A stretch of DNA of 64,000 nt from Gammaproteobacteria bacterium (GTDB lineage: Bacteria; Pseudomonadota; Gammaproteobacteria; Eutrophobiales; Eutrophobiaceae): positions 4,128,001 to 4,192,000 of the forward strand of contig OZ220696.1 in assembly GCA_965116495.1 (NCBI GenBank). Reading direction: 5' to 3'. Shown piece by piece: positions 49,208-58,734 of this stretch. The position numbers were made by a program, and so were the translations under genes. The notes under the pieces were generated by a model. That model was not told where the DNA came from and did not search any database. It saw nothing but the letters and a program-made list of their open reading frames with translations. The stretch's first letter is position 1; every line of letters begins with the position of its first letter.

Positions 49208-49662
49208 ATTTTATTCTCCAGCGATAAAAGTACGGAAGTCTACCCGGCATGTACGGCAGTGACCAGTTTTTGTCAATCCCGTCGGCTTAATATCAGATAT
49301 ATCAATGCTTGACTATATTCGGCAATACCGTATGTTTGCTTCGTGAGTTTAATGTCTGTGAAGTTAAATTGGACAAGCAGCCAAACTGTAAATCGCATAC
49401 CGATGGAAGAAAGAGAACGTACCACCGGAAAAGAATTTATTTCCGGCCTCGAAAAATATAAATCAGCCATAGAGGATAAAAGCCACATCAGCAGGAAAAC
49501 ATTTACGTGGTCGTTTTCGGGAAGTAATCCAAAGCCTCGTATCAGGCCAGACAGTCGGACACTTGAATTGCCTTGACGTCACATATACCGGCTTATATTT
49601 AAATAATCAAGCCCCGTTCCTTATACACCCGTCAGTGAGCAGCGGAATAATCTTCGTCATCA

Positions 49663-49780
49663 GGGGGGAGGAGCAGGGTCAAGTGGTGAATTCGCCACAC
49701 AACGGCGGGGTCCGGTAAGCCCGGAACGTCTGGCTCCCTCCCGGATTACAGGTTAAGATTAACTGACATCTTGGGGAGGG
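49663..49780 (+). ncRNA. Candidate structured 5' leader (riboswitch-like), unassigned
   Basis: Three-way junction with P1 GGGGGGAG/CTCCCTCC and hairpins GTGGTG-AATT-CGCCAC and TCCGG-TAAGC-CCGGA. The 3' strand is also complementary to the downstream SD. Confidence 0.45.
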
Positions 49781-49786
49781 TAACCG

Positions 49787-50110
49787 TTGGCAGACACGGC
49801 AACCGGTAACAGTGATGAGCTTATCCAGTCCATGGAGGATTACGAGCGCTCCAACGATGAGCTGGCCTTTCTATTCGGCCGGGAAACGGTGGAGCAGGCC
49901 GGTCAACTGGATATTGCCGACCTGAACCTGAACGAGGAGATCGTCGCATGTATTGCCGGCGGCATCAGGACCCTCAAGGAATTGCAGGATAACCCCGGCG
50001 CCCAGGTGAACTACATCAACGGCCTGGAACCTGGCGCGCGCCTGCTGCTCTGCCTGTGGGTGATGGATATGGGGTTGCTGGAAAAAATCCGCAAGCGTTC
50101 GTATTTATAG
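49787..50110 (+). CDS. Hypothetical protein
   Basis: Strong SD GGGGAGGG, TTG start, host-like codon usage. Confidence 0.7.
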   Translation: MADTATGNSDELIQSMEDYERSNDELAFLFGRETVEQAGQLDIADLNLNEEIVACIAGGIRTLKELQDNPGAQVNYINGLEPGARLLLCLWVMDMGLLEKIRKRSYL

Positions 50111-51076
50111 GCCGGAATAGCCGGTGCAGATCTCCGCCATCAACTGCAGGTTGCAGTTGCCCCCCGACAGGATCCCGACAACCGTTTTCCCCTTGAGCCT
50201 GTCACGCAGTTTCCAGGCCGCGGCGGTTGACGCAGCGCCGGCCGGTTCGGCCAGGTTATGGGTGGCCTCCAGCAGCCAGGCCATGGCCTGTTTTAGATCA
50301 TCGTTGGTTACCAGGACTATGTCGTGGACCAGCCGGCGCATGATCTCCATTGTCATCTGCGCCGGCACCCGGGTCGCCAGGCCCTCGGCGATGGTGTCGA
50401 GCGAATCGTAGCGGACCATCTTCCCGCTCCTGAAAGATTCGGTTACCGCGGGCGCTCCCGCGGCCTGAACCCCGATCACCTGTGTTCCCGGGCTGCGTTC
50501 TGCCGCGACGATGGCGCTGCCGCAAATGCCGCTGCCCAGGCCGATAGGGACAATTAACACGTCAGGCGCCGTTTCCTCGTCAAATACTTCGTCGGCCATG
50601 GTGCCGACCCCGGCGATCAGTAGGGGCTCTTCGGCGGAATGCACGTAACGCAGCCCTCTCTCTTCCGTCAGCCTCTCACAATGGAGCTTCGCCTCGTCAA
50701 AATCCTTGCCATGCTCGATCAATTCGGCGCCCAGGGCGCGCATGGACTGGATTTTCCCCGGATTGCCGTGCTCAGGCACCACCAGGGTACAACTGACGCC
50801 GAACTGCCGCGCCGCGTACGCCAGTGACTGGCCGTGGTTGCCGGTGGTACAACTGATAATGCCCCGTTGCTTCTGTCCCTCAGGCAGGCGGCTCACCAGG
50901 TTGATGCCGCCGCGCACCTTGAACGCCCCGGTGGGCTGGTGGTTCTCGTGCTTTAACAGGTAACGGAATCCCAGCCGTTCTTTCAGCAGCGGCCATTCGT
51001 TCAGCAGGGTGGGGCGCAGGTACTGGTATACCTGTGCGCGGGACTGGATTACGTCTTTATAATCAACGGGGGGCAT
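50105..51076 (-). CDS. PLP-dependent threonine/serine dehydratase family protein (no regulatory domain)
   Basis: KHENHQPTGAFKVRGG, TGNHGQS, GLGSG, LSGGN. Confidence 0.92.
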   Translation of the reverse strand: MPPVDYKDVIQSRAQVYQYLRPTLLNEWPLLKERLGFRYLLKHENHQPTGAFKVRGGINLVSRLPEGQKQRGIISCTTGNHGQSLAYAARQFGVSCTLVVPEHGNPGKIQSMRALGAELIEHGKDFDEAKLHCERLTEERGLRYVHSAEEPLLIAGVGTMADEVFDEETAPDVLIVPIGLGSGICGSAIVAAERSPGTQVIGVQAAGAPAVTESFRSGKMVRYDSLDTIAEGLATRVPAQMTMEIMRRLVHDIVLVTNDDLKQAMAWLLEATHNLAEPAGAASTAAAWKLRDRLKGKTVVGILSGGNCNLQLMAEICTGYSGL

Positions 51077-51094
51077 TCGGTCGACCTGACCCCA

Positions 51095-52030
51095 TCAAAG
51101 TCCGGGCTCCAGTCCGTACAGGCTGCGGTGAAAGATATCCTTATGGGCATCAAAGTAACCATGGGCAATATTCTTATGGCGCTGTTTTATCTCATTATAG
51201 AATGCCGGCAATGCATGGAAAGGCACCGATGGCGACAAATGGTGTTCCGCATGGTAAGGCATATTCCAGGCCAGCCAGCGAAACAGCGGGTTGACCAGTG
51301 TTGTCCGGGTATTCTCCAATAAGTCAGTGTTGTTTACCGACCGCCCGACATGTTCGGACATGCGCACCATACGCATATAGGGTTCGGCTAGAAACCTGGG
51401 GAACAGCCAGTAATACAATGGCACGGTAGTATCGTAAATTACCATACACGCGCCAATCGACGCATAAATCAACAACATGGCCCAGGCCTCGACAATGACT
51501 TTCCAGCGTTCTGTCCGGGGCAGGAACAGTTTTTCTTTCCGCGTAATGATGCCGCACAGGTGAATGACAAAAGGCTTTACAAAACCCCACCAGTAGGGCA
51601 GGGATGACAGGTAGAGAAAATAACCGAACAGGTTTTTCGGTTGCGGAATCAATTCCGGATCACGCAACCTGTTCTGGGTGTAGGAATGGTGTGCCGTGTG
51701 TTCCCAGCGAAAATAGACGTTCGGCAGCATGATGATTGCACCGAAAACCCAGCCGAAGAAGTCATTCAGCCAGCGCGTCCTGAAGGCGGTGCGATGGGCA
51801 AATTCATGCTGGGGGGAAAACAGGTGCACGATACCCACGCCGTGAAGACACATGGCAGGCACGAAGAAAATTGAATCAACGGACAGGTAAACCAGGTAAC
51901 CGGTAACGGAAAGAATAACGGCATGCCGCAAAAGGTACATCCATGCGTGTAGGTCGGTCCTCCGCATAAGTGTCCGCAGGCGTTTCCGATCCACGATTTC
52001 CTTGACTTGGTGTATATGTTCCAGGGTCAT
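51095..52030 (-). CDS. Membrane di-iron desaturase/hydroxylase, MocD-like
   Basis: His boxes HEFAH, HTAHH and YHAEHH, plus SEH, NTRTT and AWNMPY. Confidence 0.88.
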   Translation of the reverse strand: MTLEHIHQVKEIVDRKRLRTLMRRTDLHAWMYLLRHAVILSVTGYLVYLSVDSIFFVPAMCLHGVGIVHLFSPQHEFAHRTAFRTRWLNDFFGWVFGAIIMLPNVYFRWEHTAHHSYTQNRLRDPELIPQPKNLFGYFLYLSSLPYWWGFVKPFVIHLCGIITRKEKLFLPRTERWKVIVEAWAMLLIYASIGACMVIYDTTVPLYYWLFPRFLAEPYMRMVRMSEHVGRSVNNTDLLENTRTTLVNPLFRWLAWNMPYHAEHHLSPSVPFHALPAFYNEIKQRHKNIAHGYFDAHKDIFHRSLYGLEPGL

Positions 52031-52055
52031 GATCAGTTTATCCGGCGCATGAATA

Positions 52056-52098
52056 AATGTTGCATAATAATAAACTATTTTGTATATTATACAACATT
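52056..52098. promoter_or_regulatory. Inverted-repeat operator between the divergent desaturase and ferredoxin genes
   Basis: AATGTTGCATAAT-N17-ATTATACAACATT (12/13 complementary) in an AT-rich spacer. Confidence 0.55.
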
Positions 52099-52158
52099 AC
52101 TTATCTGTATAATGAAACAATCCGGTGTTATCAGTTTAATAATCAGATACACGATTAA

Positions 52159-52473
52159 ATGGTCGGACAGTGGCACATTATAGCCGGTTGTGATGATATT
52201 GAGGATGGTGACGGCATTACGGTAGTTATAGATAACAGGGAAATTGCCGTTTTTCGCTGCGGGCAGGACTTCTATGCAACAGACAATGTCTGCACCCATG
52301 CCAGGGCGCCGCTTGTCGATGGTTATCTCGATGGTGAGATCATAGAATGCCCGCTGCACCAGGGAAGGTTTGACCTGCGTAACGGCAGGGCGCTGTGTTC
52401 GCCGGCGACAGTCGACCTGAAAACCTATACAACCAGGACTGTAAACGGCGAGCTGCAGGTCAGGATTCAATGA
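52159..52473 (+). CDS. Rieske-type [2Fe-2S] ferredoxin, MocE-like
   Basis: CTH...CPLH motif. Confidence 0.92.
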   Translation: MVGQWHIIAGCDDIEDGDGITVVIDNREIAVFRCGQDFYATDNVCTHARAPLVDGYLDGEIIECPLHQGRFDLRNGRALCSPATVDLKTYTTRTVNGELQVRIQ

Positions 52474-52486
52474 AACGGGCTGACTA

Positions 52487-53077
52487 TCAGTTCAGTGCGC
52501 CGATCACTGTCAGCATTTTTACCGGAACGGTAACCAGTTCCACGGGACCATGGGGTGATGAAGGGTCGAAATAAAGTGAATCACCGGGATGCATGTGGTA
52601 GGTACGGTCGCCTTCCTGGTACTTCAACTCCCCTTCAAGAACATACATGAACTCGATACCTTCATGAAATATCAGGGGAAATTCTTCGGTCTTTTCCGTC
52701 AGTGTAATCAGGTAGGGTTCCAGTTTTATGTCGGAATGGAACGTGTGGCCGAGGAGCTGGTACTGGTGCCCGATGCGGTTGTCGTGACGTTGCACGATTA
52801 ACCCCTGACCGGACTTGACGAAAGTCGACTCATGACTTTGGCGCACATTCTGAAACAGGTTTGCAAGTGAGATGCCCAGTGCATCACTCAGGGATTTCAG
52901 GGTAGACAGGGACGGGGAAGTATGACCGTTTTCTATTCTCGACAGCATGGAAACGGAGATCTTGGCAATTCTGGATAATTCATGCACAGAAAGGCTTTTT
53001 TTCTTCCTGGCGCGGCGAATCGTTTCGCCGAGCATCTGCTCCAGGTGTCCGGCTTCCTCTAAAGATTGTGTATTCAT
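52487..53077 (-). CDS. XRE-family HTH plus cupin transcriptional regulator
   Basis: LSRIENGHTSPSL HTH, cupin HEGIEFMYVLEG...GDSLYFD...H. Confidence 0.9.
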   Translation of the reverse strand: MNTQSLEEAGHLEQMLGETIRRARKKKSLSVHELSRIAKISVSMLSRIENGHTSPSLSTLKSLSDALGISLANLFQNVRQSHESTFVKSGQGLIVQRHDNRIGHQYQLLGHTFHSDIKLEPYLITLTEKTEEFPLIFHEGIEFMYVLEGELKYQEGDRTYHMHPGDSLYFDPSSPHGPVELVTVPVKMLTVIGALN

Positions 53078-53080
53078 GTT

Positions 53081-54316
53081 ATGAGGTACTCCATCTTCAG
53101 TCTTGTCCGTAATGCTATAGGTTATCACCAAAACTGGCAAAAAGCCTGGCGCAGTCCCGATCCGAAACGTGAATACGACGTCATTATCATCGGTGGCGGC
53201 GGCCACGGCCTGGGTGCGGCCTGGTACCTGGCCAGGGACCACGGTATCACCAATGTCGCAGTGCTGGAAAAGGGCTGGCTGGGCGGTGGCAACACGGCCA
53301 GGAATACCATGACGATCCGGGACAATTATATCCGCGGCCCCAGCGTGCCGTTCCATCGTGAGTCCATGAAGCTGTGGCGCGGGTTGAGCCGGGAGTTGAA
53401 CTACAACGTGATGCTGCATGAGCGGGGAATGATCACGTTTTTACAGACCGGCAGCGGGGTCAGCCACGCGCAGCGCATGGCCAATACCATGAATGTGTTC
53501 GATTCGGAATACATCATGCTGTCCCTGGATGAACTCAAGCGGCGAGTCCCTTTTTTCAACGACACGGCCAGGATGCCGGTCATCGGTGCGGTCTATCATA
53601 AAAAGATTGCCATGGCGCGCCACGATGCCGTGGCCTGGGGCTATGCCCGCGCCGCCGACAGCCGGGGTGTCGATATTGTCCAGAACTGTGAAGTGACCGG
53701 CATATTGCGGGAAGGCAACCGGGTGACCGGCGTTGACACCAACCGCGGCGTGATCAAGGCGAAAAAGATCGGGATGGCCGTTGCGGGGCACGGCAGCGTG
53801 GTGGCGGACATGGCAGGGATTCGGCTGCCGCTGGAAACCTGGCCGCTGCAGGCGCTGGTGTCAACGCCGGTGAAGCCGGTACTGAATGAAATTTTCGTCG
53901 TCGACAGTTTTCACAATTACTTCATGCAGTCGGACAAGGGGGAACTGGTGGTCGGCGGTGTCACCGATCCCTATCCATCCTACGCGCAACGCGGGTCGCC
54001 GCAAATCATGGAGCATGTGATTGAAGGTCTGACAGATATCTTTCCCGTGTTCAAACGGATGAAGTTCATGCGGCAATGGGCAGGTATGCTGGATATTACC
54101 TACGACAACAGTCCAATTATTTCCGGGACCGATCTGAAAGGATTCTATATCGATGTGGCCGGCTCCGGCGGGTTCAAGACGACGCCGGTCGCCGCAAAAA
54201 TGCACGCCGATCTCATCGCCAATGGTCGTCCCCATCCCTTGATTGAGGAATTCGGCCTGAACCGCTTCCAGAGCGGCAGGCTGATCGTAGAGGGAGGCGT
54301 CGATGCCAACCGTTGA
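53081..54316 (+). CDS. soxB: Heterotetrameric sarcosine oxidase-like beta subunit (divergent)
   Basis: GGGGHGL, GGNTARNT, ARHDAVAWGYA, LQALVS, RQW, GGFK. Confidence 0.85.
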   Translation: MRYSIFSLVRNAIGYHQNWQKAWRSPDPKREYDVIIIGGGGHGLGAAWYLARDHGITNVAVLEKGWLGGGNTARNTMTIRDNYIRGPSVPFHRESMKLWRGLSRELNYNVMLHERGMITFLQTGSGVSHAQRMANTMNVFDSEYIMLSLDELKRRVPFFNDTARMPVIGAVYHKKIAMARHDAVAWGYARAADSRGVDIVQNCEVTGILREGNRVTGVDTNRGVIKAKKIGMAVAGHGSVVADMAGIRLPLETWPLQALVSTPVKPVLNEIFVVDSFHNYFMQSDKGELVVGGVTDPYPSYAQRGSPQIMEHVIEGLTDIFPVFKRMKFMRQWAGMLDITYDNSPIISGTDLKGFYIDVAGSGGFKTTPVAAKMHADLIANGRPHPLIEEFGLNRFQSGRLIVEGGVDANR

Positions 54317-54334
54317 CCCGGAGGGTGCGATAAC

Positions 54335-54601
54335 ATGTTGTTGATCTCCTGTCCCTGGTGCGGTGCGCGTAACGAGGACGAATTCCTGAACGGCGGCGAA
54401 GCAGAAAAGCGCCGGCCTGCGGATCCGGCACAGGCCGGCAGCGAAGAGTGGTATCGATACCTTTACACTCCTGCAAATACGAAAGGCTGGCTGCGTGAAC
54501 GCTGGTGGCATGTAAGAGGGTGCCGGCGCTGGTTCAAGATCGACCGCGATACCCACACCCATGAAATGAAACAGGTGCCGGAGACAGACCAGTGGCGCTG
54601 A
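54335..54601 (+). CDS. soxD: Sarcosine oxidase-like delta subunit
   Basis: CPWCG...EF..GGEA...WWH..GC Zn ligands. Confidence 0.9.
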   Translation: MLLISCPWCGARNEDEFLNGGEAEKRRPADPAQAGSEEWYRYLYTPANTKGWLRERWWHVRGCRRWFKIDRDTHTHEMKQVPETDQWR

Positions 54602-57567
54602 ACGGAAACCGCTTTCGATTGCCTGCGGGCGGACGCATCGACCGGAGCAGACCGGTTACATTCCGGTTCAACGGAAAAACCATGCAGGGATATGCCGGCG
54701 ATACTCTGGCATCGGCCCTGTTGGCGAATGGGGTGAGACTCGTCGGGCGCAGTTTCAAATACCATCGCCCGCGCGGAGTTATGAGCGCCGGAATTGAGGA
54801 AACCAATGCCGTCGTCCAACTCACCGGCAGGGAAGATGAACCGGGCCTCGTCGCAACCGCCGTCCCACTGTACGAGGGCCTGGAAGCCGTCAGCGTTACC
54901 GGCTGGCCGGGCGTGCGCCGGGACCTTGGTGCGATCAACGACTGGCTGCACCGCCTGTTCCCGGCCGGCTTTTATTACAAGACCTTCATGTGGCCCAATA
55001 ACTGGTGGAACATCTACGGCTGGTTTATCCGCCGTATGGCGGGCCTGGGGAAAGCCCCCGAAACATACAGGCCGGAAGACCGCTACGAAAAACGCTACCA
55101 TCATTGCGATGTGCTCGTCGTCGGCGCAGGTTCTGCCGGGCTTGCGGCCGCACTGGCCGCCGGAACGAGCGGCGCCCGCGTCATGCTGGTCGATGAACGG
55201 GTTGAGGCAGGCGGGTCGCTGTTGGGCGCTGAAAAGGAAATCGATGGCAAGCCCGCCCTTGACTGGGTGGCCGGAACCGTTCGCCGGTTACGGGAAATGC
55301 CGGAAGTAATCCACCTGCAACGTACCACTGTTGCAGGCTACTACGATCATAATATGGTTTATGCGCTGGAGCATGAGCCGGAACAAACGTGGTTGCGCGA
55401 AAGACTATGGCGGATAAGGGCAAAACAGGTCATTATTGCCGCCGGCGCTCTGGAACGCCCCCTGGTTTTCCCGGACAACGACCGGCCGGGCGTCATGCTT
55501 GCTTCCGCTGCCGCTGCCTACGTCTGCCGCTATGGCGTGAGGCCGGGCACGAGATCTGTTTTCATTACCAACAACAACAGCGCTTATGAGTCGGCCTTTA
55601 TCCTCGCCCGCCGTAATATTCATATTGCTGCCATTCTGGATACGCGCCGGCACATCGGCAACGGGTTACGCGAACAGGCCGGGGAACTCGGGATTATGGT
55701 TTTAACCCACTACGGGATTAAATCGGTTAAAGGAAAAAATTCTGTATCAGGACTGACAGCCGCGCCCGTGGATGACCTTGCCCGGGAAGAATATTTTGCC
55801 TGCGACCTGGTATGCGTCTCAGGCGGATGGAACCCGACCCTGCACCTGCAGTCGCAGTCGGGAGCAAAACCGGTCTATTCCGAACGTCTTGCCGGTTTTA
55901 TTCCCGGCGAGTCCGTGCAGGCGGAAATAACGGCAGGTGCGACCAACGGCCACTTCAGCACCGGCGAATGTTTAACTGACGGTATCGAGGCCGGCTGCCG
56001 GGCGGCGCGCTTGTGCGGGCATGAACCGGACCCGCCGCAACAGCCGGTTGCTGGGCAGGAGACAGACTATTCTATTGAAGCCATATGGGAACTGCCTGCT
56101 GTTGACAGGAACAGGCGCACCTTCCTGGATTACCAGGACGATGTCACCAGCGCGGATGTAAAGCTCGCCTTGTGCGAGAACTACGCCTCGGTTGAACTGG
56201 TGAAACGCTATACCACGGCAGGCATGGGTATCGACCAGGGCAAGGTCAGCAACGTGAATACCATCGGCGTCATTTCCGCGCAGACCGGAACCGCCCCCGG
56301 CGCCGTTGGTACCACGACTTACCGGCCGCCTTACAGCCCGGTCAGTTTTGGCGCCTGGGCCGGGATCGACCAGGGAGACATAATTTTTCCGGCCCGCCGC
56401 ACCCCGGTTACGCAATGGTTCGAGAGATACCGGGCAAACTTTGATGAGGCCGGTGCATTATGGCGCCGGCCGTTTCAGATCCCCCGTAACGGGGAAACAT
56501 CGGAGCAAGCGGTCAGCCGGGAGGCGCTGGAAGTACGCAACGGCGTTGGTATTTACGACGGTACGCCGCTGGGAAAGATTGAAATAACCGGCCCCGATGC
56601 GGTGACGTTTCTGAACAGGGTTTATACCAACGACTGGAATAATCTGCCCATCGGCATGGGCAGATTCGGTTTCATGCTGTATGAAGACGGCAGGATGTTT
56701 GATGACGGGGTGACATTTCGCCTGGGTGAGACCCATTACCTGATGACAACCGGGTCCGGTGTTGCGGACGCCGTCCATACTCACCTGGAACGGTTACTCC
56801 AGTGTGAATGGCGTGATTTGCAAGTTTATCTTACCCAGGTGACGGAACAGTGGGCCAATATCTGTGTGTGCGGGCCCCAAGCCAGAGATGTCCTGGTTAA
56901 AGCCGGGACTGATATTGATCTGGATAAACAGGCATTTCCTTTCATGGCAACTCGCACAGGCAGGGTCGGCGGGTTTGCCGCACGCGTCGCCAGGGTCAGT
57001 TATACCGGGGAACTCAGTTTTGAAATCAATGTCCGGGCCAGGGATGGCTTGGCCATGTGGGAGGCATTGATGGAAGCCGGCAGGAAATACGATATTACCC
57101 CGGTCGGATCGGAAACGAGTCTGCTGCTGCGGCTGGAGAAAGGTTTTATCGCCGCATGGGCCGAGGGTGACGGTTATGCCAACCTGTATGATGCCGGAAT
57201 GGGTTGGGTGATCGATAACGGGAAACCGGATTTTATCGGCAAACGCGCACTGGACCAGGCCCGGAATTCAGGTGGAGTCCGGCCACATATCGTCGGCCTG
57301 GTACCTGAAGACCCCAAATTCGTTCCACCGGATGGCGCTCCGCTCATCAAACCGGATGAGACTGACGAGGCAAAAAAAATGATCGGTCACGTGACTGCCG
57401 GCGGGTACAGTCCCAATCTCGGTCACGCCATCGCCCTGGCGCAGTTGCACAACGGCCGGGAGCGGACGGGCAGTACAGTCACTATATCAACGGTTGAGAG
57501 ATCTGTGGTCGCCAGGGTCACTGAACCGGTGTTTATCGACCCTGCCGGTGAACGGATGCGGAGTTAG
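54592..57567 (+). CDS. soxA: Sarcosine oxidase-like alpha subunit
   Basis: GDTLASALLANG, RSFKYHRPRG, GFYYKTFMWP, KRYTT.GMG.DQGK, C-terminal GcvT-like domain. Confidence 0.9.
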   Translation: MALNGNRFRLPAGGRIDRSRPVTFRFNGKTMQGYAGDTLASALLANGVRLVGRSFKYHRPRGVMSAGIEETNAVVQLTGREDEPGLVATAVPLYEGLEAVSVTGWPGVRRDLGAINDWLHRLFPAGFYYKTFMWPNNWWNIYGWFIRRMAGLGKAPETYRPEDRYEKRYHHCDVLVVGAGSAGLAAALAAGTSGARVMLVDERVEAGGSLLGAEKEIDGKPALDWVAGTVRRLREMPEVIHLQRTTVAGYYDHNMVYALEHEPEQTWLRERLWRIRAKQVIIAAGALERPLVFPDNDRPGVMLASAAAAYVCRYGVRPGTRSVFITNNNSAYESAFILARRNIHIAAILDTRRHIGNGLREQAGELGIMVLTHYGIKSVKGKNSVSGLTAAPVDDLAREEYFACDLVCVSGGWNPTLHLQSQSGAKPVYSERLAGFIPGESVQAEITAGATNGHFSTGECLTDGIEAGCRAARLCGHEPDPPQQPVAGQETDYSIEAIWELPAVDRNRRTFLDYQDDVTSADVKLALCENYASVELVKRYTTAGMGIDQGKVSNVNTIGVISAQTGTAPGAVGTTTYRPPYSPVSFGAWAGIDQGDIIFPARRTPVTQWFERYRANFDEAGALWRRPFQIPRNGETSEQAVSREALEVRNGVGIYDGTPLGKIEITGPDAVTFLNRVYTNDWNNLPIGMGRFGFMLYEDGRMFDDGVTFRLGETHYLMTTGSGVADAVHTHLERLLQCEWRDLQVYLTQVTEQWANICVCGPQARDVLVKAGTDIDLDKQAFPFMATRTGRVGGFAARVARVSYTGELSFEINVRARDGLAMWEALMEAGRKYDITPVGSETSLLLRLEKGFIAAWAEGDGYANLYDAGMGWVIDNGKPDFIGKRALDQARNSGGVRPHIVGLVPEDPKFVPPDGAPLIKPDETDEAKKMIGHVTAGGYSPNLGHAIALAQLHNGRERTGSTVTISTVERSVVARVTEPVFIDPAGERMRS

Positions 57568-57570
57568 TCC

Positions 57571-58080
57571 ATGGCTTATGACGTCAACATCATTCAACAA
57601 TCGGCCTATGGTTTGCTGAACCTGCGCGGCGCTGAAGATATCTGCAAGCGCTTTAACGCTGTCCTCGGTTTCGAACTGCCGCGCACGCCCAACAGCACAA
57701 CCGGGAACAGGGAAATCACGGCAATGTGGTTGGGTCCCGATGAGTGGCTGGTTAAAATGGATGATGGCAAAGAGGTAGCGCTGGCCGATGCATTGCGGGA
57801 AGCGGTCAAAGGCCGACATGCGGCAATCACACAGGTTTCCGACTCCTACCTGGTATTCAGAATTTCCGGCAATGATGCCGCTGCGGTGCTCAACCAGGGC
57901 ACAGGCATTGATTTGCACCCGCGCACGTTCAGTACCGGAATATGTGTGCGCACCAGCCTGGGCAAAATGGCAGTGATCCTTCACCAGGTGGATGACGTCC
58001 CCTCCTATGACGTTTATGTCTGGCGCAGCTATGCAAATTATTCAAGCCTGTGGCTGGATAAAGCGGCGGGCACCGGTTAG
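57571..58080 (+). CDS. soxG: Sarcosine oxidase-like gamma subunit
   Basis: LNLRG, WLGPDEWL, IDLHP, RSYA. Confidence 0.9.
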   Translation: MAYDVNIIQQSAYGLLNLRGAEDICKRFNAVLGFELPRTPNSTTGNREITAMWLGPDEWLVKMDDGKEVALADALREAVKGRHAAITQVSDSYLVFRISGNDAAAVLNQGTGIDLHPRTFSTGICVRTSLGKMAVILHQVDDVPSYDVYVWRSYANYSSLWLDKAAGTG

Positions 58081-58101
58081 CCTCTCCCGCTTCGTTACAT
58101 C

Positions 58102-58686
58102 ATGTCAGAAATTGATCTTGAACAGCTAATAAGTAAGCCAATTTATGCACTAGACTTCCAACGAATGATTGCAGATATAGCGGACTTCCTTGATTTTTCT
58201 GAGATCAATATTGAGCTGAAATACCGCTATGAAATTAGTTTGCCGCTAAAGGTGCGATACGGGGCAGTACTATCATTAATTACTTCGGTAGAGTGGTCAG
58301 TTCATATCTTCGAGCAGTGGCTTACACAGCCAATCAGTTATGAAGACAAACCTAAAGGTTTCAATAAAACTGTATATGCAATATCCGAACTGGAAAACCG
58401 TACTGGTATAGGAAATGTTGAAATAGTTGAGGATTACAAAGCTCTTGTGTACGTTCGGAATTGTATTGCACATAATGCAGGGATAGAAAAGGGATATAGC
58501 TATCAAAGGGATCTTTTAGAGGCTGTTAACAGGCTTTCCGGCTTTTCATTGGATAACTGGAGTTTCTTCGGGAAACAGGTATGTATCCAGAAAGGAGCTT
58601 TAGCTCCATACATTGAAAAACTGCACAACTTTATCGTTAAATGTCACGAATCAGCGGAAGCAGACGGACTATTGCGCTCCAGCTAA
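58102..58686 (+). CDS. Putative HEPN-domain RNase
   Basis: RNCIAH (R-x4-H) motif in a helical protein, AT-rich. Confidence 0.6.
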   Translation: MSEIDLEQLISKPIYALDFQRMIADIADFLDFSEINIELKYRYEISLPLKVRYGAVLSLITSVEWSVHIFEQWLTQPISYEDKPKGFNKTVYAISELENRTGIGNVEIVEDYKALVYVRNCIAHNAGIEKGYSYQRDLLEAVNRLSGFSLDNWSFFGKQVCIQKGALAPYIEKLHNFIVKCHESAEADGLLRSS

Positions 58687-58734
58687 AGGAAATAGAGAAG
58701 CACAGCCAATAAAATAAGTTGCGAAACAGTCTCC

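Noticed and set aside
49273-49576. Short AT-rich ORFs on both strands
   Set aside because: No motif or SD; possibly a gene remnant but cannot be supported
49663-49742. SAH riboswitch, tRNA, SRP RNA or hammerhead assignment
   Set aside because: GAGGAGC...GGCTC resembles SAH, but the GCUGC core and downstream pseudoknot partner are missing. There is no T-loop, SRP GGAA loop or hammerhead stem II.
53078-53419. N-terminal extension of the XRE regulator ORF (310 aa)
   Set aside because: It is the antisense of soxB; the HTH domain starts near 53077
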